DNA of 64,000 nucleotides, from sequence record MT446407.1; one strand, given 5' to 3'. Every line of letters begins with the position of its first letter. Positions within the stretch are counted from its first letter, which is position 1. This document shows, piece by piece, positions 1-8,328 of this stretch. This DNA comes from Escherichia virus TH34. The position numbers and the translations under genes were made by a program. The notes beneath the pieces were generated by a model. It was not told the origin of the DNA. It saw nothing but the letters and a program-made list of their open reading frames with translations, and did not search any database.

Positions 1-1
1 A

Positions 2-214
2 AATTACGACACTGGCAAGAAGTCCAGCAAGGTAGTATTGATTGACCTGAATGACTACGACAACAAGGTTGTTGATAGCAAATATGCGATGCTTGTTAAC
101 GAAGCTACAGGCAAACAAATTACTATTGATCACATGATGCGGTCTAGTATGACGTTGTTCGATGAGTCGATGAACGAAATATCATCCGGTAACGGCACTT
201 GCACCAATCCGTAA
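2..214 (+). CDS. 3' end of an upstream gene (partial; 5' end outside window)
   Basis: Reading frame open from the window edge to TAA at 212-214; an intrinsic terminator follows immediately. Confidence 0.35.
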   Translation, partial: NYDTGKKSSKVVLIDLNDYDNKVVDSKYAMLVNEATGKQITIDHMMRSSMTLFDESMNEISSGNGTCTNP

Positions 215-233
215 CCAACCCGTAAGACTTCCT

Positions 234-259
234 AAGCGCCCTTTTGAGGCGCTTTTTTC
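234..259 (+). terminator. rho-independent terminator
   Basis: Stem AAGCGCC (234-240) / GGCGCTT (248-254), 7-nt loop, T6 run 253-258. Confidence 0.55.
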
Positions 260-761
260 ATTTCTAAGGTGATTGCACATCTTGCCCCTGTTTAGCTCGT
301 TAGAACGCCTCCTGTATGCCTTATTTTCGATTATAAGGCTTGTTTTCTTCCTCCCCTGATGTTATTCGTGCGCGTGCTCATCTATACCTAAAAGAAAGTG
401 AAATTATTTTAGAAAAAGGTATTGCTTTCTTTGCTTGATAGATTTATATTTGAATCTCAGGTTTAGTTATGCAGTCGGTAACAAGCCTGATAGGCTAGAC
501 TTTTAGCCTTGCTCTTTAAAAACAAGGTTTGCTTAGGAGTGGTGCTAACAAGCGTCATTACTATAAGGCACTTAGTTGATTATCCTAGTCGATTCCTCTT
601 TCATGCGTGGATTTGGCGGCCTATAAGGTCGATACTTCAAAGAAATCAGCGTTTAACAGTGTACTAGATTCTCTCAAGGCAAACTTTGTTTACTAGCTCT
701 TTAAAAATTCGATTAGTGTATCTTGATAAACTCCCAACCATGCCATAATGAGGATTTATCC

Positions 762-962
762 ATGAACATTTACACCTTCTCAAGCAAAGACACGCAAATC
801 ACTTGCACTAGCATTAACGTTACTAACATGATTATGAGAATAGTCGGTAGCACGTTACAGCAAGCGAAAGAAATGATAGCTGATGCCGACAATGGCAAAT
901 CTATCGCGGTGTTATCGCTGGTAAGTACGGATAAAGATTTAACCTTTAAACGTATGAACTAA
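762..962 (+). CDS. hypothetical small protein (67 aa)
   Basis: ATG 762 with GAGGA 7 nt upstream; track ORF 723 is the TTG-extended version; no similarity recognised. Confidence 0.25.
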   Translation: MNIYTFSSKDTQITCTSINVTNMIMRIVGSTLQQAKEMIADADNGKSIAVLSLVSTDKDLTFKRMN

Positions 963-1023
963 GGTAGGTTAGCGGCCTCAATGGTCGCTAGTTTATCAAG
1001 ATGCATTAATCGAAAAATAGTTG

Positions 1024-1051
1024 TTGACACGTCGAATCACTATGATAAGAT
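1024..1051 (+). promoter_or_regulatory. sigma70-type promoter candidate
   Basis: -35 TTGACA 1024-1029, 16-bp spacer, extended -10 TGaTAAGAT 1043-1051. Confidence 0.3.
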
Positions 1052-1255
1052 GTGATCTCAGCAGTACAGAACACTTCCAGATAGATGATTAGCATCATGT
1101 AAAAAGGCTTAAACTGGAAGGAGTGGGAACACTCAAGGCACGACGCCGAGGAAGACGGCGACATATTTAACGCTCTTTAACAAATTATCATCTTGCCCTT
1201 TCGCATAGATTCAAGCGAGATAAGGGAATAGAATAAAAGAAGATGATAAAAAGAG

Positions 1256-1283
1256 TTGACAAGGTGAAACACTCTGTTAGAAT
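1256..1283 (+). promoter_or_regulatory. strong sigma70-type promoter candidate
   Basis: -35 TTGACA 1256-1261, 16-bp spacer, extended -10 TGtTAGAAT 1275-1283, A-rich tract upstream. Confidence 0.5.
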
Positions 1284-1553
1284 GTTCACTAAGCAAGGCA
1301 ACTTGCTAAACAGTTCCCTAAGTGACGTAGCGCGGGAAAGGTGGCACATAGTGCAGCGCGTAGGTCGGGTATAGCCGCCCCGTTAGTGCATAAGTAGGCT
1401 TAAAAATGAAATGTTTGCGGAGTCATGAAAACCGCACCGCTCTTTAAAAATATGAATCAGAAAGTTAAGCGCAACCGCTTACAATCTTGTTAATCCAATG
1501 CGTGATTAACTAGTCATTCGAAAGAATAGACGAGAAAAAGATTTAAAAAGTGG

Positions 1554-1582
1554 TTGACACGCTAAACGGGATGATTCATAAT
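1554..1582 (+). promoter_or_regulatory. strong sigma70-type promoter candidate
   Basis: -35 TTGACA 1554-1559, 17-bp spacer, -10 CATAAT 1577-1582, A-rich tract upstream. Confidence 0.5.
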
Positions 1583-2493
1583 GAGCACTCACTAGGCAAC
1601 TAGTGAAACGCGAAACCACGGCGAACGGTGGCGGGAGGTGAGAAAGCACCTCGATAGATTTACCGCTCTTTAACAATTTAAACTTCTTCCTATATCGGTT
1701 GAACATGATGAGCAATAATAACCATTGCAAGTCATGCCAGATAAAACGATGTAAGGCGCTCTAGAGTATCAGAGAAAACGGCCTTGCAATCCCTTACTGG
1801 AAACGATGCCACTGATAAACGAAGTTATCGAGTACATGCAATGCTTAAGCTAATCACCTACGGTTAAAGGGTAGCGGCGGCGGGGCTAGTAAAGTGCTAC
1901 GGTAATAGACGTTAATCAGGGTAATCAATCCCGACTAATTTAGCTCAATAGCGAGCGACGGAATGAAGGTTAAAGAGTAGCAAATTGCTATTTAATAATA
2001 AGGTTTAAGTGTGAGTGTTTACTGAGCAAGTTGTTTGATGCACATCAATATGATGTGAGTACATAACAATGCAATGTAGTAAACCGTGAGAGAGATAATC
2101 AAACGCCAATTTATCAGGCGGTTAATGACTCTTTGCCATATACTTTCCCGTAGTAGGTGATAAGTCGGCTTAGAGAGTTAATATAAAAGGGTATCGCGGA
2201 GCGAACGTAAAGTAAACAGTAATGCTATCGGCTAGAAGGTTAGCTAATTAGAGATAGACACACTGCCTTATTATGATGATTAATCATCGCTGGCAAATCG
2301 GCTTCGTTTATAGCGATTAATAGAATCCACCGGATGAAACATCATGGCAAGTTAGGCGGCAAGGTTAACTCCTGATAAGTCCGCCTGATTTACCACTGAT
2401 TACTAATAGTTAGTGATTAGTGTTAAGTCATTGTGACTTGAATAGCTCATAGAGAGCGGCGCATAGAGCGTTTCAATTAAAAGGTAAATTATC

Positions 2494-3396
2494 ATGGCTA
2501 AATCTTTCAATCTGGTTAATGAATCCGGTTTTAACGCACTGGCTAACAACATTCGCAGCAATAACGCAGCAATTAAGCAAGATGTTTCTAACTTCCTGTT
2601 AGGTCACTTACAGCACTTCCGTGCTAACGGTAAGAAGTTAGACGTGTTACAGGCGGCGGTAGACTTCCTGTTAACTGAACGTTACCGTGATTTAGATGTG
2701 ATTGCAGTTGCAATTTCTTTCCTAACTCCTGTTAAGTACAACAGCGACGCGGCGAACGGTAAAAAGAAATGGATTAATCTGGAAGGTGAAGCGAAAGCGA
2801 AAGAAGACGCTAAACCTGAACAAGTTAAGGCCAAAATGGAACAAAACCGTGCCCGCTGGTCTAACTCCTTTGAACGCTTTGCGAAAGGCGAAGACGTGCA
2901 GGTTGATAACCCAGCATTTTATAAAGGTTGCAACGACAACGTTCCGGTAGCAAATCAGATTAACCAGAAGGTTAACGAAAACTTTAATCAGGACATTTAC
3001 GCTTTAACTGATCGTTTGGCTGCAATCCGTATTGAAGCGGCACTACTGGCCGATGAACGCAACGGAGCATCTTCTGATAACACTATCGCATTGAGTGAAG
3101 AAGTAGGCAAAGTTAAGAAAACTTTCGATTCACTCCTTAAGAAAGTAACCGCATCAACTGTATCTATCAGCGATGACTACTTGATTAACGCATCTTCAAA
3201 AGAGCTTGAATCTCTGGACTCATACGCTGATGAAATGGAAAAGGCGATCAACGAAATGACCGAAAAATTGTCTAACCTTCGCGGTCGTATCTCAAATGCT
3301 TCAACTGTCAAAGCGAACGAGAAAGCGGCGGCAGACGAGGAAGAAGTATTGCGTAAAGCTGCCGAGATCATGGCAGCACGCCAACAAGCTGCATAA
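2494..3396 (+). CDS. hypothetical early protein (300 aa)
   Basis: First long ORF after the promoter leader; ATG 2494 with AAAGG upstream; no motif recognised. Confidence 0.6.
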   Translation: MAKSFNLVNESGFNALANNIRSNNAAIKQDVSNFLLGHLQHFRANGKKLDVLQAAVDFLLTERYRDLDVIAVAISFLTPVKYNSDAANGKKKWINLEGEAKAKEDAKPEQVKAKMEQNRARWSNSFERFAKGEDVQVDNPAFYKGCNDNVPVANQINQKVNENFNQDIYALTDRLAAIRIEAALLADERNGASSDNTIALSEEVGKVKKTFDSLLKKVTASTVSISDDYLINASSKELESLDSYADEMEKAINEMTEKLSNLRGRISNASTVKANEKAAADEEEVLRKAAEIMAARQQAA

Positions 3397-3417
3397 CCTA
3401 CAATAAAGAACATATAA

Positions 3418-3450
3418 GGCGCTATTCGAAAGGGTAGCGCCTTTTCTTTT
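3418..3450 (+). terminator. rho-independent terminator
   Basis: Stem GGCGCTA (3418-3424) / TAGCGCC (3435-3441) followed by TTTTCTTTT. Confidence 0.55.
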
Positions 3451-3504
3451 ACTAGTGCATTGATTCAGTGTACTAATCAAAGAAACTAAAAAGAGATAAA
3501 CACC

Positions 3505-3729
3505 ATGCCAAAATTGAAAACAGAAGTTAAGATGTATCGTAACGTCATCAACAACATGACCTATCGAAAAACCGATAAATATGGAATCGAGTGTAAGTGC
3601 ATTCTTACCGGTGAATGGTATCCGTCGCCGATTCAAGAACAAGCGTTAATTGAAAACTCTGTTACTTACACTATCACGCAGGAAACTAAGCTAGGCCGAT
3701 TCCTTCGTAAGTTAGGGCTACGCAAATGA
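3505..3729 (+). CDS. hypothetical protein (74 aa)
   Basis: ATG-initiated ORF in compact array; no similarity recognised. Confidence 0.45.
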   Translation: MPKLKTEVKMYRNVINNMTYRKTDKYGIECKCILTGEWYPSPIQEQALIENSVTYTITQETKLGRFLRKLGLRK

Positions 3730-3947
3730 TCTTAACTCAATCCCATTTGTGTCCTATCTGTAAGAAAGCGCGTGCTAATAACAATCATCGCAAGTGTAGC
3801 AGAATCCTACAGCGTCGTCGTAATGATGCCGAGATGGATAAAATGCACAAAAACCAGCATGAGCACGAAAGAAAACAAGCGGCGATCAATGCATCTTCTG
3901 TAATGTATCGTCGTGTAAGATCACTCCAATATAAGGATGCTATCTAA
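3726..3947 (+). CDS. hypothetical basic Cys/His-containing protein (73 aa)
   Basis: ATGA overlap with upstream stop; CPIC...HRKC residues suggest possible metal binding. Confidence 0.45.
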   Translation: MILTQSHLCPICKKARANNNHRKCSRILQRRRNDAEMDKMHKNQHEHERKQAAINASSVMYRRVRSLQYKDAI

Positions 3948-4156
3948 TGACCAGTTTAAGCACGTTAGAGAAGAAAGCTACTCGACTGCTAGGGCGTCGT
4001 GTCCGCTATCACTACCTGAATAAAGGTAAGGCATTAACCGGACGTATTACCACGGTGTCCAGTCGCTGCGGTAAGTTAATATCTGTAAGTGTCCTCTTTG
4101 ATGGCGAACGTGTAGCAATTACACGTAGTTGGAAGTCGTTTAGTTTAATTGATTAA
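3947..4156 (+). CDS. hypothetical protein (69 aa)
   Basis: TAATG start/stop overlap with upstream gene; TAAGGA upstream. Confidence 0.45.
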   Translation: MTSLSTLEKKATRLLGRRVRYHYLNKGKALTGRITTVSSRCGKLISVSVLFDGERVAITRSWKSFSLID

Positions 4157-4226
4157 GTTATTTGGTTAAGCCTTGCTATGTGGTAAGGCTTGCACGATAT
4201 AATTTATCAGCGAAAGGAATAAAGCA

Positions 4227-4670
4227 ATGGCTAAATCTAAAATCAGCATGAAAGGCGGGCGTGTGTTCTCGATGAGTGAACTGGAAAAAGATAAGCCAGT
4301 CGCTACTAACCACATTAGCAAACGTAGCCTTAAACGTAGAGCTATCAAACAAACCGCTCAAGAACATAAACCCTCTACCGTAGCAAAGGTGTTAGGTCGT
4401 CGTGTTCATCGTGCTGATGCGCTTCTTAAAGCTGATCATAACCGTTCACTGTTAACCAACGGTGCAGCGAAAACAGAAGAAGAGAAACGTTTAGAAATCT
4501 ATTGCAACGGTCGCACTAAAGGTAAGCAGAAGAATAAAGGTAGCACTAAGCCACCGAAAGCTTTCCCTACTACTAGTCAATGTGCACCGGATGTTTTCTA
4601 CGCTGACAGTCAGCATAAGTGGGGAGTCGAAAAATACATTGACCCCATCAAGGAAGCGAGAGTAAAGTAA
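4227..4670 (+). CDS. hypothetical Lys/Arg-rich basic protein (147 aa)
   Basis: ATG 4227 with AAAGGA upstream; highly basic composition. Confidence 0.5.
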   Translation: MAKSKISMKGGRVFSMSELEKDKPVATNHISKRSLKRRAIKQTAQEHKPSTVAKVLGRRVHRADALLKADHNRSLLTNGAAKTEEEKRLEIYCNGRTKGKQKNKGSTKPPKAFPTTSQCAPDVFYADSQHKWGVEKYIDPIKEARVK

Positions 4671-4728
4671 GCCTCTTCTCTGTACCAGTAGTCAACTACT
4701 ATGACGCTCTTCTTGAGCGTCTTTGTGT
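4671..4728 (+). repeat. conserved post-stop element, copy 1 (GCCTCTTCTCT...CTACTATGACGC + hairpin)
   Basis: Near-identical 11-12-nt blocks shared with 11773-11828; both copies start right after a stop codon and end in a terminator hairpin. Confidence 0.4.
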
Positions 4729-4751
4729 CTGCCGCCTTTGTGCGGCTTTTT
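4703..4751 (+). terminator. tandem rho-independent terminators
   Basis: Hairpin GACGCTC/GAGCGTC (4703-4721) + TTTGTGT; hairpin GCCGC/GCGGC (4731-4746) + TTTTT. Confidence 0.5.
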
Positions 4752-4911
4752 GCGTAGCTAGTGATGCCTAAAGGGCACTCCCTTTGTGAATCATTGGCAT
4801 GGTTCAATCCCTATTGGATGGTCATTTGACCGGGCCTTTAACGAGGCCGCTTTTTTAAGAGTCTTTACGAGGATTCTTAAATGAGTGAGGTCATGTTCAC
4901 TCTTTCAGGTC

Positions 4912-4938
4912 GCCCCGTCTTCGGATGGGGCTTTTTTA
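4912..4938 (+). terminator. rho-independent terminator
   Basis: Stem GCCCC (4912-4916) / GGGGC (4927-4931), then T6. Confidence 0.55.
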
Positions 4939-4989
4939 TGCCCGTAAAACAGGAGGTAGTAAGTTCTGATAACGACAGCCCAGCTACTT

Positions 4990-5376
4990 TTGACATTGAC
5001 TATTTATTATGAGGCAGGGAATCAGCCAACCGCTTGCAAAGCATTAGTAGCGGATACCGTAATAAACAGAATGTCACAACGAAAACTGACTGCCGAGCAG
5101 GTTATAAACCAACGAAACCAGTTCGAGTGGATACCCGTCTTATTAAAGAAGGAGAAACCTTTCAAACGTTATGTAAAGCTAATTCGTGATGATAATCCCC
5201 TGATAAAGAAGTCAATCAGAGAGAGCGAGCGGCTTGCAAGGCGTGCACTGAAGAAAAGTTATGTGCCTTTATACAGTGGTACATACTTTCAGAGTAAGAG
5301 CGAAGGGGTGCCAAAGTGGTATACCAATCCAATGTATTGTGGTGATTTAGTGTTCAATAATAGTGCCCGTGACTGA
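4990..5376 (+). CDS. SleB/CwlJ-like cell-wall hydrolase domain protein (start uncertain)
   Basis: YYEAGNQP...VINRM...NQFEW resembles the EARGE...NR...QF pattern of the cell-wall hydrolase family; track start is TTG; frame is open upstream to 4963 behind a strong AGGAGG. Confidence 0.4.
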   Translation: MTLTIYYEAGNQPTACKALVADTVINRMSQRKLTAEQVINQRNQFEWIPVLLKKEKPFKRYVKLIRDDNPLIKKSIRESERLARRALKKSYVPLYSGTYFQSKSEGVPKWYTNPMYCGDLVFNNSARD

Positions 5377-5577
5377 TTCATAGGTGCCAAGATTGACAAA
5401 CTAAATTTCCTTATAAATCACCTACTTATGATTTTCTCTGCAAAAAGTGGTAGTGATTCGGAACCAGAGGTAATGACTGTATATAGACCTCTGAAAATTA
5501 TTGATAGAAATTAAGTTTAGAAATAATAAATTCTAAATAATATTTCTTATAATATCTTACTTTAAGAGGATAAAGAT

Positions 5578-5883
5578 ATGTCTTTAGAGGTGTATAAGTT
5601 CCTTCTCGTACTCACTGTAACGATTTCTACTCTGGGATTTATTGCTTTAAGTAATAAGTCAGCAAGCTGGAAGCGTCGTTATGAGTTTCTTCTTAAGCAA
5701 GAGGAAGTCTTTAATGCTGATGTTCGTTCCAAGTTGGTCAAGATGCAGGAGCAAATTGAAGCACGTAATGATCGTTTGGCTTCTTTGGGTTGGGAGATTA
5801 AGAGTATTCAAGATCTCAACAAGCAACTCACTGAAGAGATTAAACGCCAGAATGAGGAAACAGAGGATGCGCTCAAAGGTTAA
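5578..5883 (+). CDS. membrane-anchored coiled-coil protein (101 aa)
   Basis: AAGAGGA upstream; N-terminal hydrophobic helix then charged heptad-like region. Confidence 0.5.
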   Translation: MSLEVYKFLLVLTVTISTLGFIALSNKSASWKRRYEFLLKQEEVFNADVRSKLVKMQEQIEARNDRLASLGWEIKSIQDLNKQLTEEIKRQNEETEDALKG

Positions 5884-6043
5884 GTTTACCACTGGTCACA
5901 CTGTTCGCCTTGTTGGCGGTACTCAAACAGGCGTTATTCGTCGGAGAACAACAATTGACGGTGTTCTCTGTTATCTTGTTCAGTGGAATGGTGAATCCTC
6001 TCCTTCCTTCGAACGTCGTACTGATTTGGTGTTAATCAAATGA
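5867..6043 (+). CDS. hypothetical small protein (58 aa)
   Basis: ATG 5867 with GAGGA upstream; track ORF 5681 is an overlapping extension. Confidence 0.4.
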   Translation: MRSKVKFTTGHTVRLVGGTQTGVIRRRTTIDGVLCYLVQWNGESSPSFERRTDLVLIK

Positions 6044-6225
6044 CAAGTAAAGTAAAGATCAATGATAACGTTGTCTATGCACAAAAAGGTTTCTCATTGG
6101 TTCCTTTAATTGGGAAGGTTATTTGGGTGTGTGGTGGTGTTGTTCAAATTAAAGCACCAAGTGGTCGTCTTGTTACTCGTTGGCGTGATGAAGTCATCAT
6201 TCTTCCGAAGGAGTACGGTCAATGA
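6040..6225 (+). CDS. hypothetical small protein (61 aa), resembles preceding ORF
   Basis: ATGA-coupled start; shares a KVK...V..G... pattern with 5867..6043. Confidence 0.45.
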   Translation: MTSKVKINDNVVYAQKGFSLVPLIGKVIWVCGGVVQIKAPSGRLVTRWRDEVIILPKEYGQ

Positions 6226-6461
6226 AGATGAATTTCGAAATCGTCCCAAGGACTAAACAGAAGACGTTAACTTTCGGTGATTTATCTAATGGAGATATCT
6301 TCAAGTTTAAAAATCCCGATGCTGACACTTTTTTCTGGATGAAGATTGCTTCGCCGTTTTCGTCGGCTATGAAGTTAAGCAACACCTCTGACATACTCAA
6401 GGTTTCTGCGAACGCTGAAGTTAAAAAGTATGAATACAAAATTCTTATTGAGGGTAAATAA
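6222..6461 (+). CDS. small protein, GD(V/I)F paralog family
   Basis: Motif TFGDLSNGDIFKF near N-terminus; ATGA-coupled. Confidence 0.5.
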   Translation: MKMNFEIVPRTKQKTLTFGDLSNGDIFKFKNPDADTFFWMKIASPFSSAMKLSNTSDILKVSANAEVKKYEYKILIEGK

Positions 6462-6691
6462 TGAAAATCAACCTCTCCCCTGAAGTTGTTACTAAAAAGC
6501 TCGATGAGTTGCGTCCGGGTGATGTGTTCCGTTTACCTGTTAACTCAGAACACCTCTACCTAAAAACTGATGTGTGTTTGAGTGGTATGCGTCGAGTGGT
6601 TGGTCTTGGTCAGGGAACACTGTTCCAGTTACAGGAAGATCACGAAGTTATTCCTGTACGTAATGTTCAAGTAACTCGTATCGGTGGTTAA
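6461..6691 (+). CDS. small protein, GD(V/I)F paralog family
   Basis: Motif LRPGDVFRL; TAATG-coupled. Confidence 0.5.
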   Translation: MKINLSPEVVTKKLDELRPGDVFRLPVNSEHLYLKTDVCLSGMRRVVGLGQGTLFQLQEDHEVIPVRNVQVTRIGG

Positions 6692-6916
6692 ATGAAGATT
6701 GATATCGACAATACACCAGCGGTTGTAACTCTCGGTGATCTAAATCCGGGTGAAGTCTTCCAGTTTAATTACAACGAAACTCAATATTACATGCGTACTG
6801 CATGTTACGGTGAAAACAAAAGTTATTTTGTTAACCTTTATACAGGTAAACGTGAATCTGAGTGTAAATCAACTGTAGTCAGACCTTTGCCTAACGCACG
6901 ATTAACCAATAAGTAA
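6692..6916 (+). CDS. small protein, GD(V/I)F paralog family
   Basis: Motif LGDLNPGEVFQF. Confidence 0.5.
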   Translation: MKIDIDNTPAVVTLGDLNPGEVFQFNYNETQYYMRTACYGENKSYFVNLYTGKRESECKSTVVRPLPNARLTNK

Positions 6917-6923
6917 CATCGAC

Positions 6924-7040
6924 TTATAGCCCTTGTGCTTATCAGAGGGCTATGTGAGGATGTTCCTCAATTAACTATAATCTCAATGCCATATGGCTCA
7001 CCGCTAGGGCGAGACTTGTCTCAAACATCCGGTGATAGAC
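6924..7040 (+). repeat. conserved intergenic element, copy A (possible structured RNA or operator)
   Basis: Shares with 12771-12900 an identical hairpin ATAGCCCT/AGGGCTAT (12-nt loop) plus two further stems that differ in sequence but keep pairing (GAGGA/TCCTC vs GAGC/GCTC; GAGAC/GTCTC vs GAGGA/TCCTC). Confidence 0.4.
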
Positions 7041-7146
7041 TAAAACCTGTTTAATTTTCGAATGGCATTCCGATATGTAGGGGTATGTATCGGTTTGGGA
7101 TAGAGAACAATCTAGGGGTAGAGAGTTCTCGACAGTTTGTACAAGC

Positions 7147-7180
7147 GGAAGCCTTAACGTGTAGGGCTTCCCTTTATATT
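7147..7180 (+). terminator. rho-independent terminator candidate
   Basis: Stem GGAAGCC (7147-7153) / GGCTTCC (7165-7171), then CTTTATATT. Confidence 0.4.
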
Positions 7181-7219
7181 AACTGGCAACCCTGCCTCCA
7201 CTAACAAAGAGAGAACGTT

Positions 7220-7360
7220 ATGAAGAAGTCAACCAAGCGTATGAACCGTCCTGAACGTATGGATGCAGTAGCAAATGGCGCTCTGAAGATTGAGTCTGCC
7301 ATGCTTCGTCTGACAACTAACATCCGTAAACGTCAAGGTGATTGGTTCTATGGCGGCTGA
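7220..7360 (+). CDS. hypothetical small protein (46 aa)
   Basis: ATG 7220 to TGA 7358-7360; below the track length cut-off; weak RBS. Confidence 0.3.
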   Translation: MKKSTKRMNRPERMDAVANGALKIESAMLRLTTNIRKRQGDWFYGG

Positions 7361-7547
7361 GCATGATGTTGGTATTCGTGAGATTATTCGTCTTGCGATA
7401 ATTGATCACCCTAACAGTCGCAATGGCCTATTGTTACAGGTTTCTAAATGTCTTAATTGTGACAAAGATGTGGCCAAAGAATTATTCTTTGCATTCATCT
7501 ATAACGCAGATGATCGCTTCTTGAATAACAAGTTGCGTAGTGCTTAA
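7350..7547 (+). CDS. hypothetical protein (65 aa)
   Basis: ATG 7350 with AAGGTG upstream, in frame with track ORF 7338. Confidence 0.4.
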   Translation: MAAEHDVGIREIIRLAIIDHPNSRNGLLLQVSKCLNCDKDVAKELFFAFIYNADDRFLNNKLRSA

Positions 7548-7552
7548 TAAGA

Positions 7553-7583
7553 GGCTGCCCTTCGGGGTGGCCTTTGTTGTTTT
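7553..7583 (+). terminator. rho-independent terminator
   Basis: Stem GGCTGCCC / GGGTGGCC (two G-U pairs), TTCG loop, then TTTGTTGTTTT. Confidence 0.5.
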
Positions 7584-7626
7584 AATTAAGAGGTAGCTCT
7601 TACTTAAACTAATAAGAGAGGTTGAT

Positions 7627-7857
7627 ATGAAGATTAACGTTGTAAAGAAAGAAAAGAAATCTGCTACCTTTGCTGACTTAGCAATCGGCGACGTGTTTCA
7701 ACTTGCCGATGGTATAAAAACTCTGATCTACATGCGTGTTTTCAATAGCCGTGCTATCTGCCTTAACAATCCTACATGCCTCGAATCTACAACACGGATT
7801 AACAGCGATACTTCTATCATCCAGCTCCGTGCAGAGCTAATTGTCACCGAGGTTTGA
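7627..7857 (+). CDS. small protein, GD(V/I)F paralog family
   Basis: Motif FADLAIGDVFQL. Confidence 0.5.
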   Translation: MKINVVKKEKKSATFADLAIGDVFQLADGIKTLIYMRVFNSRAICLNNPTCLESTTRINSDTSIIQLRAELIVTEV

Positions 7858-7858
7858 T

Positions 7859-8068
7859 GTGAACATTCGTTTAGTTCGTAAGCAAGATGGCAGACAGGTT
7901 GTGCTAGGTGAGATTGTTTGTGCTGCACATAACCTACTCCCTGAAAAAGATGAAACTATCTGGTTTGATGGAGAGCAGCGCCGAGTATTGTCGGTTGTTA
8001 AATCTTTCGAGCCAAAGCGTAACAATGAAAAAGCTCTTACCTGTTGGTTTGAGGTTGATATTACATAG
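7859..8068 (+). CDS. hypothetical protein (start GTG 7859 or TTG 7841)
   Basis: No in-frame ATG; GTG 7859 follows upstream stop and a GAGG. Confidence 0.4.
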   Translation: MNIRLVRKQDGRQVVLGEIVCAAHNLLPEKDETIWFDGEQRRVLSVVKSFEPKRNNEKALTCWFEVDIT

Positions 8069-8076
8069 AGGTTGAT

Positions 8077-8328
8077 ATGCGTAATCCATTTTTTGATCGT
8101 AAAGGTCGCACCGAAATTCTGATACCTTCTATCGGTGTGCCGGTTAAGTTTGGTGAGATGCGTGCTGGTGATTTCTTCATGGAATCAGGACATCTTTATC
8201 TGAAGATCGACCTTGAACATGCTGTTGAAATTCTTAGTGATAATAAGCCAATCATAGGAACTTCAATGTTCAGTACAAATCACACTGTATTTGTTGTCAA
8301 CGTCCAGATTGAGATTAAAGCGCCATGA
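8077..8328 (+). CDS. small protein, GD(V/I)F paralog family
   Basis: Motif FGEMRAGDFFME. Confidence 0.5.
   Translation: MRNPFFDRKGRTEILIPSIGVPVKFGEMRAGDFFMESGHLYLKIDLEHAVEILSDNKPIIGTSMFSTNHTVFVVNVQIEIKAP

Larger units (their letters stand above)
511..1676. repeat. five dispersed copies of 12-nt motif GCTCTTTAA(A/C)AA
   Basis: Copies at 511-522, 696-707, 1172-1183, 1439-1450, 1665-1676, all in the same orientation inside the ORF-free leader. Confidence 0.5.

Noticed and set aside
1506-1730. 74-codon minus-strand ORF inside the leader region
   Set aside because: Overlaps the strongest plus-strand promoter candidate, has no convincing RBS and an odd composition; most likely a chance ORF in non-coding sequence.
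5681-6043. Long track ORF (120 aa) running through the 3' half of gene 5578..5883
   Set aside because: Only the part downstream of ATG 5867 has its own RBS and avoids a long out-of-frame overlap; the extension is treated as non-coding.
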